A stretch of 44,301 nucleotides of DNA. Origin: Candidatus Nanoarchaeia archaeon (GTDB lineage: Archaea > Nanobdellota > Nanobdellia > Woesearchaeales > DSVV01). The notes under the pieces are model-generated. The model made no database searches, was not told the DNA's origin, and was given only the letters and a program-made list of their open reading frames with translations. Made by a program: the position numbers and the translations under genes. This document shows, piece after piece, positions 25,292-35,278 of the stretch (positions are counted from its first letter, which is position 1; every line of letters begins with the position of its first letter). The DNA is taken from the NCBI GenBank assembly GCA_048618745.1, contig JBMCCQ010000002.1:1-44301 (forward strand). The letters run 5' to 3'.

Positions 25292-26193
25292 AACTTTCCG
25301 TCAATCTCTACAACATTTATTTTTTCGCCGATTTTCGCAGGATTATTCTGCAAAGTAACGTTTATGTACTCCCTTGGATGTAATATTACAACATCAGGCT
25401 TGGGCTTAACAACAACCGCTTGTATATATTCAGACTTACTAGCCCGTTTTTTAATTTCATCAATTTTTAAGGGTCTTGTCTTTGAACTCATTAATGATTC
25501 AACATTAACCTTGTTTCCTCTTACAGCTAACACCTTAAATAACTCAGAATTCCACTCAACAACATCTCCCGGCTCCACGTTTGCCAGACGTAAAAGAATA
25601 TTTAACCTGTACAATTTCTTGCTGCTTTGCCTGTCAAATCCATAGAGTCTTGGACTTTCTTTTTTTTCTCCGCCGTACTTATTATAAAGCTCATTTGAAA
25701 GATGCTGCATATACTTTTTGTCTGTTATGTAATAATCTTTCCCGCCCTTAACATCCTTTTCACTTGTTATTGCAACAGTATTATTCATTTCTGCATTTTT
25801 TGTTATCTCCTCAGCAACTTCATTAAAACTTGTGTTATCCCTGTTTCTTAACTGCAGCACGCCTTCATAGTACCCTCCTTTCAACCTGGAGCAATAAGGA
25901 CATTCCGCCTGCTTAAATCTTATTTCCATGACAGCTTCTTCTTCAATTGTCTCCTCATTTATCCGGGCAGTAACACATATTGGCACTTTTACATTCTTTG
26001 CAGGGTTATCCACTACAGAAGAATCAACATTGAATTCATCTGGCTCAACAGAAAACTGTACATGTTCTTTTAGTAATTTAGGAAATGCTCTCTTAAAATC
26101 TCTCAGGGGAATATACTTACCCTTATACAAAAAGCTTTTGCAATTTGCGCAATAGACAATTTCAAGTTCCGAATAACCCTCAAGTATAGCCAT
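25279..26193 (-). CDS. nmd3: NMD3-family protein (archaeal 60S export adaptor homolog)
   Basis: CANCKSF... and CPYCSR zinc motifs and the NMD3-like N-domain layout. Confidence 0.7.
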   Translation of the reverse strand: MAILEGYSELEIVYCANCKSFLYKGKYIPLRDFKRAFPKLLKEHVQFSVEPDEFNVDSSVVDNPAKNVKVPICVTARINEETIEEEAVMEIRFKQAECPYCSRLKGGYYEGVLQLRNRDNTSFNEVAEEITKNAEMNNTVAITSEKDVKGGKDYYITDKKYMQHLSNELYNKYGGEKKESPRLYGFDRQSSKKLYRLNILLRLANVEPGDVVEWNSELFKVLAVRGNKVNVESLMSSKTRPLKIDEIKKRASKSEYIQAVVVKPKPDVVILHPREYINVTLQNNPAKIGEKINVVEIDGKFYAV

Positions 26194-26196
26194 ACC

Positions 26197-26898
26197 TTAA
26201 CGAATGTGTTGTTTTTTATAAGTTTTTGCCTGACCTACTTTAAAATAAGCAGTATTTTCATCCTCCTTTTTAATCTGGCAAACACTTAATTCAATTGCCT
26301 TAAAAAACAGAGGACAATCAAGAACAAGACTTTCAAACTCTCCTCCCTCACCTGCAATATTTATGCCATACTTTTTATTAAGCTCAACAAGCCTATCAAT
26401 ATCCTCTTCATCTATAATTCGGCCCACCCAGCTTTTATCCAGGCCGTATGCTGCTACACTGGAAAACACAAAAGTAAACCCTTCCTTTAATAGAGTTCTC
26501 ATCTCCTCTTCCTGATTCATGTGCCACAGGGGTGAATAAACCTTTAAGCCGAGTTCATCAGAAACCTTTTGAATCCTCTGGCTTTGATATTCTGAAAAAA
26601 TTGCTCCCGTAACTACACCCTCAACACCATACGTTTCCCTGGCTTCCTTTAAAGTATTATATAAATCTTTAAGCTCCTCTTCCTTAACCCCCTTGGTATG
26701 ACCTTCAACAAAAGGCAGATTCATGCATTCTGCCTGCACTTTGGCAATATCGGTATTAGGGGTATGAAACATGTATGACGCTGTATTTTCACTTTGTATA
26801 ATAATTGCACACTTCAGATCATATCCTCTCTTTCTCATTAGATATGCTGCAAAAAGACTGTCTTTCCCGCCACTTAAAAGAAAACCAAGTTTTTCCAT
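26197..26898 (-). CDS. dph6: Diphthine-ammonia ligase-like PP-loop ATPase (Dph6 / MJ0570 family)
   Basis: LSGGKDS PP-loop and GEGGEFESLVLDCPLF signature. Confidence 0.8.
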   Translation of the reverse strand: MEKLGFLLSGGKDSLFAAYLMRKRGYDLKCAIIIQSENTASYMFHTPNTDIAKVQAECMNLPFVEGHTKGVKEEELKDLYNTLKEARETYGVEGVVTGAIFSEYQSQRIQKVSDELGLKVYSPLWHMNQEEEMRTLLKEGFTFVFSSVAAYGLDKSWVGRIIDEEDIDRLVELNKKYGINIAGEGGEFESLVLDCPLFFKAIELSVCQIKKEDENTAYFKVGQAKTYKKQHIR

Positions 26899-26998
26899 TA
26901 ATCTATCACCTGCTCAACCAAATTATACTAAAAAAAAGAGTCTACTTTATAAAGTTATCTCTAAGATGACACAGCCTACTAAGACCACCTTAATCCAC

Positions 26999-27769
26999 CT
27001 ATTTTATTGAGGATTTTAGCATGCTAAGTAATTTACTATGAAGTGTCTTGTTTGTTATTAAAAGGTCAGTTTTTTCCGGCCTCCATGGATTCCCTTTAAA
27101 ATCTGTTGCCTTCCCACCAGATTCTTTTGCAATTAATACAGTTGCAGCGACATCCCATGGATCAATATCCAGTGTTATATAGGCATCTGCCCTGCCTGTT
27201 GCAACAAACCCTCCTTCAATTGCTGCACTGCCCAATTTTCTCATATCCTTTACATTAGGGTAAACTACTCCATAAATATCCGCAAGTCTTTGATTAGTTT
27301 TGCTCCCCCCTTCGCAGGTTACAATATAAGCCCTATTAAACTCATCAATCTCGGAAACCCCAATTTGCTTATCATTAAGAAATGCCCCTTTACCTGTTTC
27401 TGCCAAATAAAGCTCTTGCAAAAAAGGTGCATAAATTACACCCAGAATAATATCCTCCTTGTGCTGCAGTGCAATAGAAACTGAAAAGAATGGATTTCCC
27501 GCTGCAAAATTACCCGTGCCGTCAAGAGAATCGACAATCCAAGTGTATTCACTACCATTATCAATTGACCCGCTTTCCTCAGTCAAAAGATTGTGGCCGG
27601 GAAATGCCTTACTTATTTCATTAATAATAATCCTGTCTGATTCCTTATCATACTTTGTCACAATTTCTTTAGACATTGCCCTTTCATTAAAAAGTATTTT
27701 ATCCTTTTTGAAATTTTCAAGAAGATACGCACCAGCCTTTTGGGCTGTTTTTATTGCTGTTTGTTTCAT
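26999..27769 (-). CDS. suhB: Inositol monophosphatase / FBPase family (SuhB-like)
   Basis: LTEESG, WIVDSLDGTGNF and WDVAA motifs. Confidence 0.85.
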   Translation of the reverse strand: MKQTAIKTAQKAGAYLLENFKKDKILFNERAMSKEIVTKYDKESDRIIINEISKAFPGHNLLTEESGSIDNGSEYTWIVDSLDGTGNFAAGNPFFSVSIALQHKEDIILGVIYAPFLQELYLAETGKGAFLNDKQIGVSEIDEFNRAYIVTCEGGSKTNQRLADIYGVVYPNVKDMRKLGSAAIEGGFVATGRADAYITLDIDPWDVAATVLIAKESGGKATDFKGNPWRPEKTDLLITNKTLHSKLLSMLKSSIK

Positions 27770-27910
27770 AAGAATTCAAAAATGAGAATTATTTTTAAAT
27801 TTATCCATATATAAAATTACCTTCGAAAATAAACTTGATTATTTACAAAAAATTCTCAGAATCTTGATATTTTTTGACAAAGTTAATAATTCAGAAAACA
27901 ACTGCTTTAC

Positions 27911-28840
27911 CTAACTCAAAAGCCCCTGTATTATTAAATCTGTAGCCTCATCTTCGCTTAATCCCCTACTCATTAGTGTTTCAAGCTGCTTGTTATCAAC
28001 ACCACCAATTGCCGCCTCATGGGTTACATGGGCCTTTGGATGCTTTACCTCAACTACCGGCACAGCCCTGGCCACAGCCTCATCCTTCATAATTTCCTTA
28101 CAATCAACATGACCTCTTGCATTTTTAGCAGAGGCTGTTAACTCATTATAAACTTGCGCTTTTGCCTTACCAATAACAGCAATCCTTGAAGTAAGCGCAC
28201 CCTTTGAATTTTCACCTTTAAGGTGGGCTACTTCACGTATTTTTATCCTGTCATCCTCTCTGCCGCTTATTTTGGCAGTCATCTCAATTGTGGAATTCCT
28301 AGCGCCATTTGTTTCATAATCCATATCAATTAGACCAACCCTTCCCTTGACAAGCTCAAAGTCCGTAGTAAATCTAGCATTTTTTCCAACATTCACAACG
28401 GCTTTTGGATAGACCTCTACGCCCCCCGTACTCCCATGGATATGCTTTTCAAAGTAGCTATAATGAGCACCTTCCTCAAGATTGATTTTCCCATCCATTA
28501 TATGCTGGACACCGTCCCCACTTGGGAAAACACAATGAGCCAGAACAGATATTTTAGAATTTTTTTTCATATGAAAGTCTATGTCAATTTTTTGTACTCC
28601 TTTTTGGTGCAGCATCCCAAAGCACATATGAACAGGTTTTCCTATTACAACCCCTTCTTCCACTACAACTTTTATTTTTACTCCGTTTTTAATCTGTTCT
28701 GTTTGCACTTTCAGACCATCTACAGTATTGCTGTCAAGCACCTGGTCGTGGTTAATTGCCAAGAATGCTGTCTCTTTATCTTTTCCGGGATTAATATGAG
28801 CCTCCTTAAACAATTCATTAGTTGTCACTCTTATCACCAT
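27911..28840 (-). CDS. sufB: Fe-S cluster assembly protein SufB/SufD family (short archaeal form)
   Basis: SufBD beta-helix-type C-terminal sequence (HEAAIGGVDNKQLETLMSRGLSEDEA). Lies downstream of and overlapping sufC. Confidence 0.8.
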   Translation of the reverse strand: MVIRVTTNELFKEAHINPGKDKETAFLAINHDQVLDSNTVDGLKVQTEQIKNGVKIKVVVEEGVVIGKPVHMCFGMLHQKGVQKIDIDFHMKKNSKISVLAHCVFPSGDGVQHIMDGKINLEEGAHYSYFEKHIHGSTGGVEVYPKAVVNVGKNARFTTDFELVKGRVGLIDMDYETNGARNSTIEMTAKISGREDDRIKIREVAHLKGENSKGALTSRIAVIGKAKAQVYNELTASAKNARGHVDCKEIMKDEAVARAVPVVEVKHPKAHVTHEAAIGGVDNKQLETLMSRGLSEDEATDLIIQGLLS

Positions 28841-29567
28841 TTAATTCATAAGCATCTGCGTGGTCGCATGGAATACATTTCTCCTCAAAATAAGGGAGTA
28901 CCTTGCCTACCTCACCCTGTTCTACAATACGCCCACAGCACATTAAAAACGCGTGCTCTGCATGCCTTAGAACAGCAGAGCTGTGAGTAATCAGTACAAC
29001 AGTTGAGCCAATATTTTTTAACTCTTTAATTGCCTGGAAAATATTTTCTAGAGAAGCAACATCTATTCCTGAATCAGGCTCATCAAGCATCACAAATTTG
29101 GGTTTCATTGCCAAAATGGATGCAAGCTCAAGTTTTTTTCGCTCGCCCCCGCTAAGTGCTCTGTCCAGCGGTCTCTCTTTATAGCTCCCAGGCTTTAAGC
29201 TAACACTTTCCAGAAGCTTATCAATCCCCTTATCATCAAGCTCCCTGTCTGAAGCCTTCAAAAAATCTTCTATTTTTAACCCCTCAAAGCGAGCCGGTTC
29301 CTGCCAGGCCAAAGTAATTCCAAGTTTAGCTCTCTCATCCACACCCATGCTGTTCAGAGATTTTCCTTCCAGGATAATATCCCCTGAATAATTTTTATAT
29401 CCATGCCTTCCCATAATTGTTCCTGCCAGGGTGCTTTTGCCCGCCCCATTACTCCCGACAATTGCATAGATAAAATTATCCTTAAATGATACATTAATGT
29501 TATTCAAAATTTTTTTGCCCCCCAGTTTCAACGTGAGGTTACTTATATCGAGCACATTTCCACACAT
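28818..29567 (-). CDS. sufC: Fe-S cluster assembly ATPase SufC
   Basis: Walker A GSNGAGKST, LSGGERKK, MLDEPDSGID. Confidence 0.9.
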   Translation of the reverse strand: MCGNVLDISNLTLKLGGKKILNNINVSFKDNFIYAIVGSNGAGKSTLAGTIMGRHGYKNYSGDIILEGKSLNSMGVDERAKLGITLAWQEPARFEGLKIEDFLKASDRELDDKGIDKLLESVSLKPGSYKERPLDRALSGGERKKLELASILAMKPKFVMLDEPDSGIDVASLENIFQAIKELKNIGSTVVLITHSSAVLRHAEHAFLMCCGRIVEQGEVGKVLPYFEEKCIPCDHADAYELNGDKSDN

Positions 29568-29656
29568 ATAATTAACGAAAAAAGCGTATCTTTAAAAAAC
29601 TTATTAACCGCAATATAATAACCATCCTGTTTCAGCTACTAAAATAAACAGAAATA

Positions 29657-29668
29657 CTTATAAATATA
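29657..29668 (+). promoter_or_regulatory. TATA-like box (cttataaatata) about 29 nt upstream of the ATG at 29692
   Basis: Sequence and spacing in the divergent sufC/transporter intergenic region. Confidence 0.3.
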
Positions 29669-29691
29669 CAATGTACTGAAATTAAACAGGA

Positions 29692-31848
29692 ATGTTAAAA
29701 GAAAAGAACAGGTTTGGAACCTTTTCAGGTGTTTTTGTACCAAGTGCATTGGCAATTCTAGGAGCTGTAATGTATTATATCACCCCTCAAGTTGTAGCAG
29801 GGGTGGGGCTTACAAAAAGCATAATTATTATAGCACTCGCTCACCTCATTACCCTTACAACAGCAGTTTCAATGGCCGGGATTGCAAGCAACATTGAAGT
29901 AAAGGGGGGTGGCCTGTATTATATTATCTCAAGAAGCCTTGGGTTGGGATTTGGAGGCAGCACCGGAATACTACTATATCTTGCCCAGACGGTATCAATC
30001 GCGTTTTATTCTGTTGCCTTTGCAAGGGCAGTCGCAGGGATTTTATCCAGATTTGATATTATACTGCCCGCGATTATTGTATCAGTTGCCTCGTTTATAA
30101 TATTTGGGTTATTGGCATTCAGGGGAGCAAAACAGGTAATAAGATTCCAGATACTAATATTTGTAATAATAATAATTTCAATTCTTTCAATCCTTTTTGG
30201 CCCTGGAGTAAGCACAGGCTCTATTCAGCAAGTAGAAACTTTGCCTTTCTGGGTGGGTTTTGCAATGTTTTTCCCGGCAGTTACCGGAATCAGTGCAGGC
30301 ATAGGGATGAGCGGGGACCTCAAAAATCCTTCAAAAAGCCTTATAATTGGAACATTTTGTGCAATTGGCTTTACTGTTATAATATATATACTTCTTGCAT
30401 TTAAACTTAGTCTTTCTGCCCCAGCTTCATTACTTTTAAACGATAAATACATAGTAGAAAAAATTGCATTGTTTGCCCCCCTGGTAATATTAGGGGTGCT
30501 TGCTGCAACCTCCTCCTCTGCTTTAAGTCTTTTTATGGCTGCTCCGCGAACTTTAAGGGCTATGGTAAAAGACAGGCTATTTGGAAGAAAATTTTCCTTT
30601 CTTGGAAAATCCATTGGCAATGATACACAGGAGCCAAGGATTGCTATAATATTCACAGCATTAATAGGCTTTATTTTTTTATTCGCGGGCGGCCTTGAAA
30701 AAATTTCAGTTATTTTAACCATTTTTTTCCTGTCTGTTTACGGCTGGGTAAACACGGCTGCGTTTCTTGAAAAAATAAGTAAAAATCCCAGTTACAGGCC
30801 CAGTTTTGACTACCCGGCACTTGTACCTTTTATCGGGATGTTAACCTGTTACTTAGCTATGTTCTTTTTCAATTTTTATATTGGAATCTTTGTAATCTTT
30901 CTTCAGATAGTAATTTACAAATGGACAAAAAAAGATAGTACACAGGTAGAAGGCCTGTGGAAAGGCCTGCAGTTTCAACTTTTAAAAGACAGCCTTAAGT
31001 CAACAGGGAATTCAGAGAACAGTAAAAAAAACTACAGGCCTATAGTTGTCGCAGTTTCAACCAGGAAAAAGACCATGTTACCGATGCTTAAACTTTTAAA
31101 CTGGATATGCTCAAATAAAACAGTCAGCAATTTTTACCTGTTCATAAAAGGAAGGATTAGAGAAAAGGCGCGCAAAAGAGAAGAGGTTCTTCAAGAAATC
31201 AGGCAATACACAGACAAAACCAATGTAAACATTTTTCCAAGAGTTATTATCACAAGAGATTTCCCTGAATCTATTAGGGATATTATTCAAAGCGAAAGCG
31301 CAGGACACTTGCCTTTTAATACAGTTATGTTTGATTTTAACGAGATTTTTAGCCTGCATAACCTGATTTACGAAATACGGCAGCTAAAAAAAAACGTAAT
31401 AGTTTACAGGGAGCAATCTTACATGGGTGATAACAAAACAATTGATGTGTGGTGGAATAAGCCAGATAATGGAAATTTTATGTTACTATTGGCTCACCTT
31501 ATATCAACATCTCCGGAATGGCAGAATAACCAACCGATTATACGTGTCCTAAAAGTAGTGAGAAAAAAAAGAGAATACAAAGCTACCTATAAATTGCTAC
31601 ATGGTATAATTGAGAAAGCCCGCCTACGTAATGTCAAGGTCCAGTTAATATACAGGAAAGATGACACTATGGATTCAATAATCTATGAATTCAGCAAGAA
31701 TACCGACCTCGTACTTCTGGGAATACCACATTATAAATCGCCAAGCCTAAGAAAACACATGGTTCAAAATACCAGAATTTATACAGACCATCTAAAAAAA
31801 TCCCTAATAATACAGGCACATGACAAAATTGACTTGAGTGTGAGTTAA
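29692..31848 (+). CDS. APC-superfamily transporter of the SLC12 cation:chloride cotransporter (CCC) type, with a large cytoplasmic C-terminal domain
   Basis: N-terminus FGTFSGVFVPSALAILGAVMYY resembles the CCC TM1 signature. About 12 TM segments, then about 300 soluble residues. Confidence 0.65.
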   Translation: MLKEKNRFGTFSGVFVPSALAILGAVMYYITPQVVAGVGLTKSIIIIALAHLITLTTAVSMAGIASNIEVKGGGLYYIISRSLGLGFGGSTGILLYLAQTVSIAFYSVAFARAVAGILSRFDIILPAIIVSVASFIIFGLLAFRGAKQVIRFQILIFVIIIISILSILFGPGVSTGSIQQVETLPFWVGFAMFFPAVTGISAGIGMSGDLKNPSKSLIIGTFCAIGFTVIIYILLAFKLSLSAPASLLLNDKYIVEKIALFAPLVILGVLAATSSSALSLFMAAPRTLRAMVKDRLFGRKFSFLGKSIGNDTQEPRIAIIFTALIGFIFLFAGGLEKISVILTIFFLSVYGWVNTAAFLEKISKNPSYRPSFDYPALVPFIGMLTCYLAMFFFNFYIGIFVIFLQIVIYKWTKKDSTQVEGLWKGLQFQLLKDSLKSTGNSENSKKNYRPIVVAVSTRKKTMLPMLKLLNWICSNKTVSNFYLFIKGRIREKARKREEVLQEIRQYTDKTNVNIFPRVIITRDFPESIRDIIQSESAGHLPFNTVMFDFNEIFSLHNLIYEIRQLKKNVIVYREQSYMGDNKTIDVWWNKPDNGNFMLLLAHLISTSPEWQNNQPIIRVLKVVRKKREYKATYKLLHGIIEKARLRNVKVQLIYRKDDTMDSIIYEFSKNTDLVLLGIPHYKSPSLRKHMVQNTRIYTDHLKKSLIIQAHDKIDLSVS

Positions 31849-31862
31849 ATATTTAAAGGGGG

Positions 31863-32639
31863 ATGTCATTTCAAGATAGTATGACTGAATTAAACGAGAT
31901 TGTTGAGTTTCTGAACAATTATCTTGAGATTGACAGCTTCAGGGATTCATCCTTTAATGGCCTCCAGTTTGAAGGCACCTCTAAAGTAAATAAGATACTT
32001 TTTGCAGTTGATAGTGGGTTAATGGCTTTTGAAAAAGCAGTTGAAGAAGAGGCTGACATGATTGTGGTTCATCACGGCATCTTCTGGAATGGAAGTAATC
32101 CAAGCATAAGGGGAATAATGAAAAAAAGATTGAAAATTTTATTTGAAAATAACATAAGCCTTTATGCAGCTCACCTTCCCCTTGATAAGCATAAAGACTC
32201 CGGAAACAATGCCGAGCTTGCAAAACTTATTGGCGCACGGATTACAGACGAGTTTGTGGAAATTGAAGGGACAAAAATTGGATATATTGGAGAGTTAAAT
32301 GACCCAAAAATGGTAAATGAACTGGCTGAACTGCTTGAAAAAAGTCTAAACACTACTGCAAAAGTTTTGGAAAATCGCAGCAAAAAAGTATCAAAAGTGG
32401 GTATATGTAGCGGCGGAGGAGGTCAGAAGGCTTTCAGGGAAGCAGCTGAAAAAAAAGTAGATTTATACATAACTGGTGAGCAAACTGATATTTATAATGA
32501 CGCATATGATTCTGGAATAAATGTGATTTTTGCCGGCCATCATGCAACAGAGACAGTAGGTGTAAAAGCATTAGCGCAGATTTTGGAAAATAAATTCAAC
32601 CTTAAAACCAAATTTGTTGATATTCCGACACAACTTTAA
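31863..32639 (+). CDS. Nif3-family dinuclear metal centre protein (GTP cyclohydrolase 1 type 2 homolog)
   Basis: VVHHGIFW, AAHLPLD and AGHHATE motifs. AGGGGG SD. Confidence 0.8.
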   Translation: MSFQDSMTELNEIVEFLNNYLEIDSFRDSSFNGLQFEGTSKVNKILFAVDSGLMAFEKAVEEEADMIVVHHGIFWNGSNPSIRGIMKKRLKILFENNISLYAAHLPLDKHKDSGNNAELAKLIGARITDEFVEIEGTKIGYIGELNDPKMVNELAELLEKSLNTTAKVLENRSKKVSKVGICSGGGGQKAFREAAEKKVDLYITGEQTDIYNDAYDSGINVIFAGHHATETVGVKALAQILENKFNLKTKFVDIPTQL

Positions 32640-32680
32640 ATCCCAAACTTTTTTAAACTCCCGTTTTTTTAACTCATTTG

Positions 32681-34501
32681 ATGAAACCTAAAATATTCGG
32701 CTTACTACTTGTTTTGCTCCTAATATCTGCCGGAACGCCTTTATTAGTGTCGGGTAGAGAGGCGCATATGACACTTCTTGCAATTACAGGTGAAGATGAA
32801 AAACTAAAGGGGGATACCGCAGACTTGCATCTTGAAATAAAAAGAGGAGATGGGAACGTCTACATGGACACCGTCCCTCTTACACAACTTGACACGCAAA
32901 TATCCATAAGATTTGCAAAAGAAGTTGCTTGTGACTATCTGGATAAGGTAGACTGCTCTCGTTATGACTTCTATTACAGAATAAGGTCAGACTCAGTTAT
33001 TATAGGCGGGCCAAGCGCAGGAGCTTCTCTTACAATGCTTACTATAGCAACACTTAAAAACTGGGACCTCGACGAGGATGCGTCTATTACCGGAACCATT
33101 AATCCTGGAGGTTTTATAGGTCTTGTTGGGGGAATTTCCCAAAAATTGGAAGCAGCATCAGATAGTGGCCTGAATAAAGTGCTTGTGCCTAAAGGGGCCA
33201 TGGAACAGGGGATGTCAAAAAATAACACTGCAGTCTGGAACATAAACAATACGGGTGAACAGGAAGAAAACATCACAGAGCTGGCAAAAGAAAAAGGAAT
33301 CGAAATAGTTGAAGTAACAACTTTGGATGAAGTAGTCTATGAATTCACCGGCAAAAAATTTGAAAGGGAAAGAATTGAAATCAACGCTGATAAGACCTAC
33401 TCAAATATTATGCAGGAGATTAACGATGGACTTTGCGCGCGGACAGAAAAGCTTCTTAACAATACCACTCAAAAAAATAGTTCAGAATATTCTTCCGCTC
33501 TCAATCTGTCACAACGTGCAAAATCAGCACTTGAAAACAATGCATTATATTCTTCAGCAAGTTTTTGTTTTGGAGCGAATCTGCGTCTTGGATATCTTGC
33601 GTTTCTGCGAAAAAATCTCACCTCCGAAGATATTGAGGAAGAGATTAAGTCACTCAGCTCCAACCTGACACAAGTAAATGACAAAGTCAGTGGGGACACT
33701 AAAAGTACTATTAATGATCTTCAAACATACATGATAGTAAAAGAAAGACTGCTTGAAGCATCAAATTATCTGAATACATCGCAGCAAAATCTTAACCAAA
33801 ACCAAACAGAAAATGCCCTTAACAATCTTGCTTATGCTAATGAAAGATTAAAAAGTGCAAAGCTTTGGTACAAGTTTATGAAAAGAAGCGGTAAAGTCTT
33901 TGAAATTAACGAAGAAACCTTAAAGTCCTCCTGCATTCAGAAACTTTCAGAAGCTGAAGAAAGGCTTCAATATGCCTCCCTATATCTTCCGTCAGGTATG
34001 GTTGAGACAAGAGAAATGCTTGACCAGGCCTACCAGGATAAGGCCTCAAGTGAATACGAGCTGTGTCTCTTTAGAGCAAGCAAGGCAAAAGCTGAGGCTG
34101 ATTTATTGCTTGGCTCAATAGGCCTTACAAAAAAAAGTGCTTCAGATTATATAGATATAAAACTTCGATTAATTGAAGAAATTATTAAAAGGCAGCAGGA
34201 AAATGATATATTCCCTATTTTAGGCTACAGCTATTACGAGTACGCTAAATCCCTCAGGGAATCTGACCCATTTTCAGCACTGATGTATGCTGAATATGCA
34301 ATTGAACTAAGCAAACTAGACCTTTATTTTAAAGATATTGAGTCAAAACCCCGCTTAAATTTTTATATAAATTACGAGGTTACAGCATATTTTCTTGTAG
34401 GAGCAATTTTTGGGGCAATCCTTATGTTTTCCTTCTATCCCTTATTTAACAAACCCACGTCCAAAGACAACTCAGTAAAGATAAGAATTAAAAGGGATTA
34501 A
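32681..34501 (+). CDS. Secreted/anchored S16 (Lon C-terminal type) serine protease without an AAA+ module, plus a long helical domain and C-terminal TM anchor
   Basis: ATG at 32681 gives the signal-like MKPKIFGLLLVLLLISAG. GGPSAGASLT (catalytic Ser context) and GISQKLEAA (Lys). C-terminal helix YFLVGAIFGAILMFSFYPLF. Confidence 0.7.
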   Translation: MKPKIFGLLLVLLLISAGTPLLVSGREAHMTLLAITGEDEKLKGDTADLHLEIKRGDGNVYMDTVPLTQLDTQISIRFAKEVACDYLDKVDCSRYDFYYRIRSDSVIIGGPSAGASLTMLTIATLKNWDLDEDASITGTINPGGFIGLVGGISQKLEAASDSGLNKVLVPKGAMEQGMSKNNTAVWNINNTGEQEENITELAKEKGIEIVEVTTLDEVVYEFTGKKFERERIEINADKTYSNIMQEINDGLCARTEKLLNNTTQKNSSEYSSALNLSQRAKSALENNALYSSASFCFGANLRLGYLAFLRKNLTSEDIEEEIKSLSSNLTQVNDKVSGDTKSTINDLQTYMIVKERLLEASNYLNTSQQNLNQNQTENALNNLAYANERLKSAKLWYKFMKRSGKVFEINEETLKSSCIQKLSEAEERLQYASLYLPSGMVETREMLDQAYQDKASSEYELCLFRASKAKAEADLLLGSIGLTKKSASDYIDIKLRLIEEIIKRQQENDIFPILGYSYYEYAKSLRESDPFSALMYAEYAIELSKLDLYFKDIESKPRLNFYINYEVTAYFLVGAIFGAILMFSFYPLFNKPTSKDNSVKIRIKRD

Positions 34502-34509
34502 AAACCCTT

Positions 34510-34537
34510 GCAGATGCACCCCGAAGAGTGCACCTGC
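34510..34537 (+). other. GC-rich imperfect hairpin (10-bp stem with one mismatch, 8-nt loop), 9 nt after the protease stop codon
   Basis: gcagatgcac (34510-34519) pairs with gtgcacctgc (34528-34537), 9 of 10 positions. No U-tract follows immediately. Confidence 0.5.
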
Positions 34538-34654
34538 GCGGGAAAAAGAGGTGATTAGTAAAGTTTGTTAGTTTCTACTTTTGAGTAAACAATACTATTA
34601 TTTAAATTTTTCGATTGTTTAAGTATTGTTGAGTGGTAACAATTAATAATTTAA

Positions 34655-34664
34655 TTTATATATT
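34655..34664 (+). promoter_or_regulatory. TATA-like box (tttatatatt) about 26 nt upstream of the ATG at 34686
   Basis: Sequence and spacing, with no SD. Confidence 0.35.
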
Positions 34665-34685
34665 AGTGATTTTCCGTAATTTAAG

Positions 34686-35222
34686 ATGCGTTTAAGAAAG
34701 AAGCAAGGTGGCCTAAACAAAATAATCTTCTTTATGATAATCATTATATTAGGTGGTTCAATTGCCATACTTGTTTACTCCCTTACTATAGGAAGCACAA
34801 GTCTTGTTAAAAATTTCTCTGAAACTGAATCCGAAGACAGCCCGCTCAAAAACAACATATCAAATGGTATTTTTAATATACAAGAAATTACATATTACGA
34901 CAGAAGCACGGCCCAAAAATACGCGCATATCTCAAATAGGAGCTTTACAAATGAAACGCTGTGCGATAGAGAGAAGGAATATCTCATTTTAAAGCTGCTT
35001 TTAAACAATAAAAATATGCCTAATAATTGCAATATTATAGTAGACAGGCAGGCAACAGCTAATTTAAATGAAAATGACTTGTTTAAAATTGAAGGCAAAA
35101 GCAAAGAAACAGTAATACCCATAAACCTAGGAAACCATACTCCGGCAAGAAAACACAAAATACAGGTATGCTGCGATAATTTTTGCCAGAATGAAGAGAT
35201 ACAAAAGCAATGTCAAAATTAA
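34686..35222 (+). CDS. Signal-anchored extracytoplasmic protein with C-terminal Cys cluster, unknown function
   Basis: N-terminal anchor IIFFMIIIILGGSIAILVY; C-terminus VCCDNFCQNEEIQKQC. Confidence 0.45.
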   Translation: MRLRKKQGGLNKIIFFMIIIILGGSIAILVYSLTIGSTSLVKNFSETESEDSPLKNNISNGIFNIQEITYYDRSTAQKYAHISNRSFTNETLCDREKEYLILKLLLNNKNMPNNCNIIVDRQATANLNENDLFKIEGKSKETVIPINLGNHTPARKHKIQVCCDNFCQNEEIQKQCQN

Positions 35223-35278
35223 AAAAATATTTAAAAGCCCAATAATTGTGATATTTTAGAAGGATAAAGAATACAAAA

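Noticed and set aside
34514-34558. 14-codon micro-ORF (MHPEECTCAGKRGD) overlapping the GC-rich hairpin
   Set aside because: It is too short to support without conservation or ribosome data. The hairpin is the simpler explanation for the sequence.
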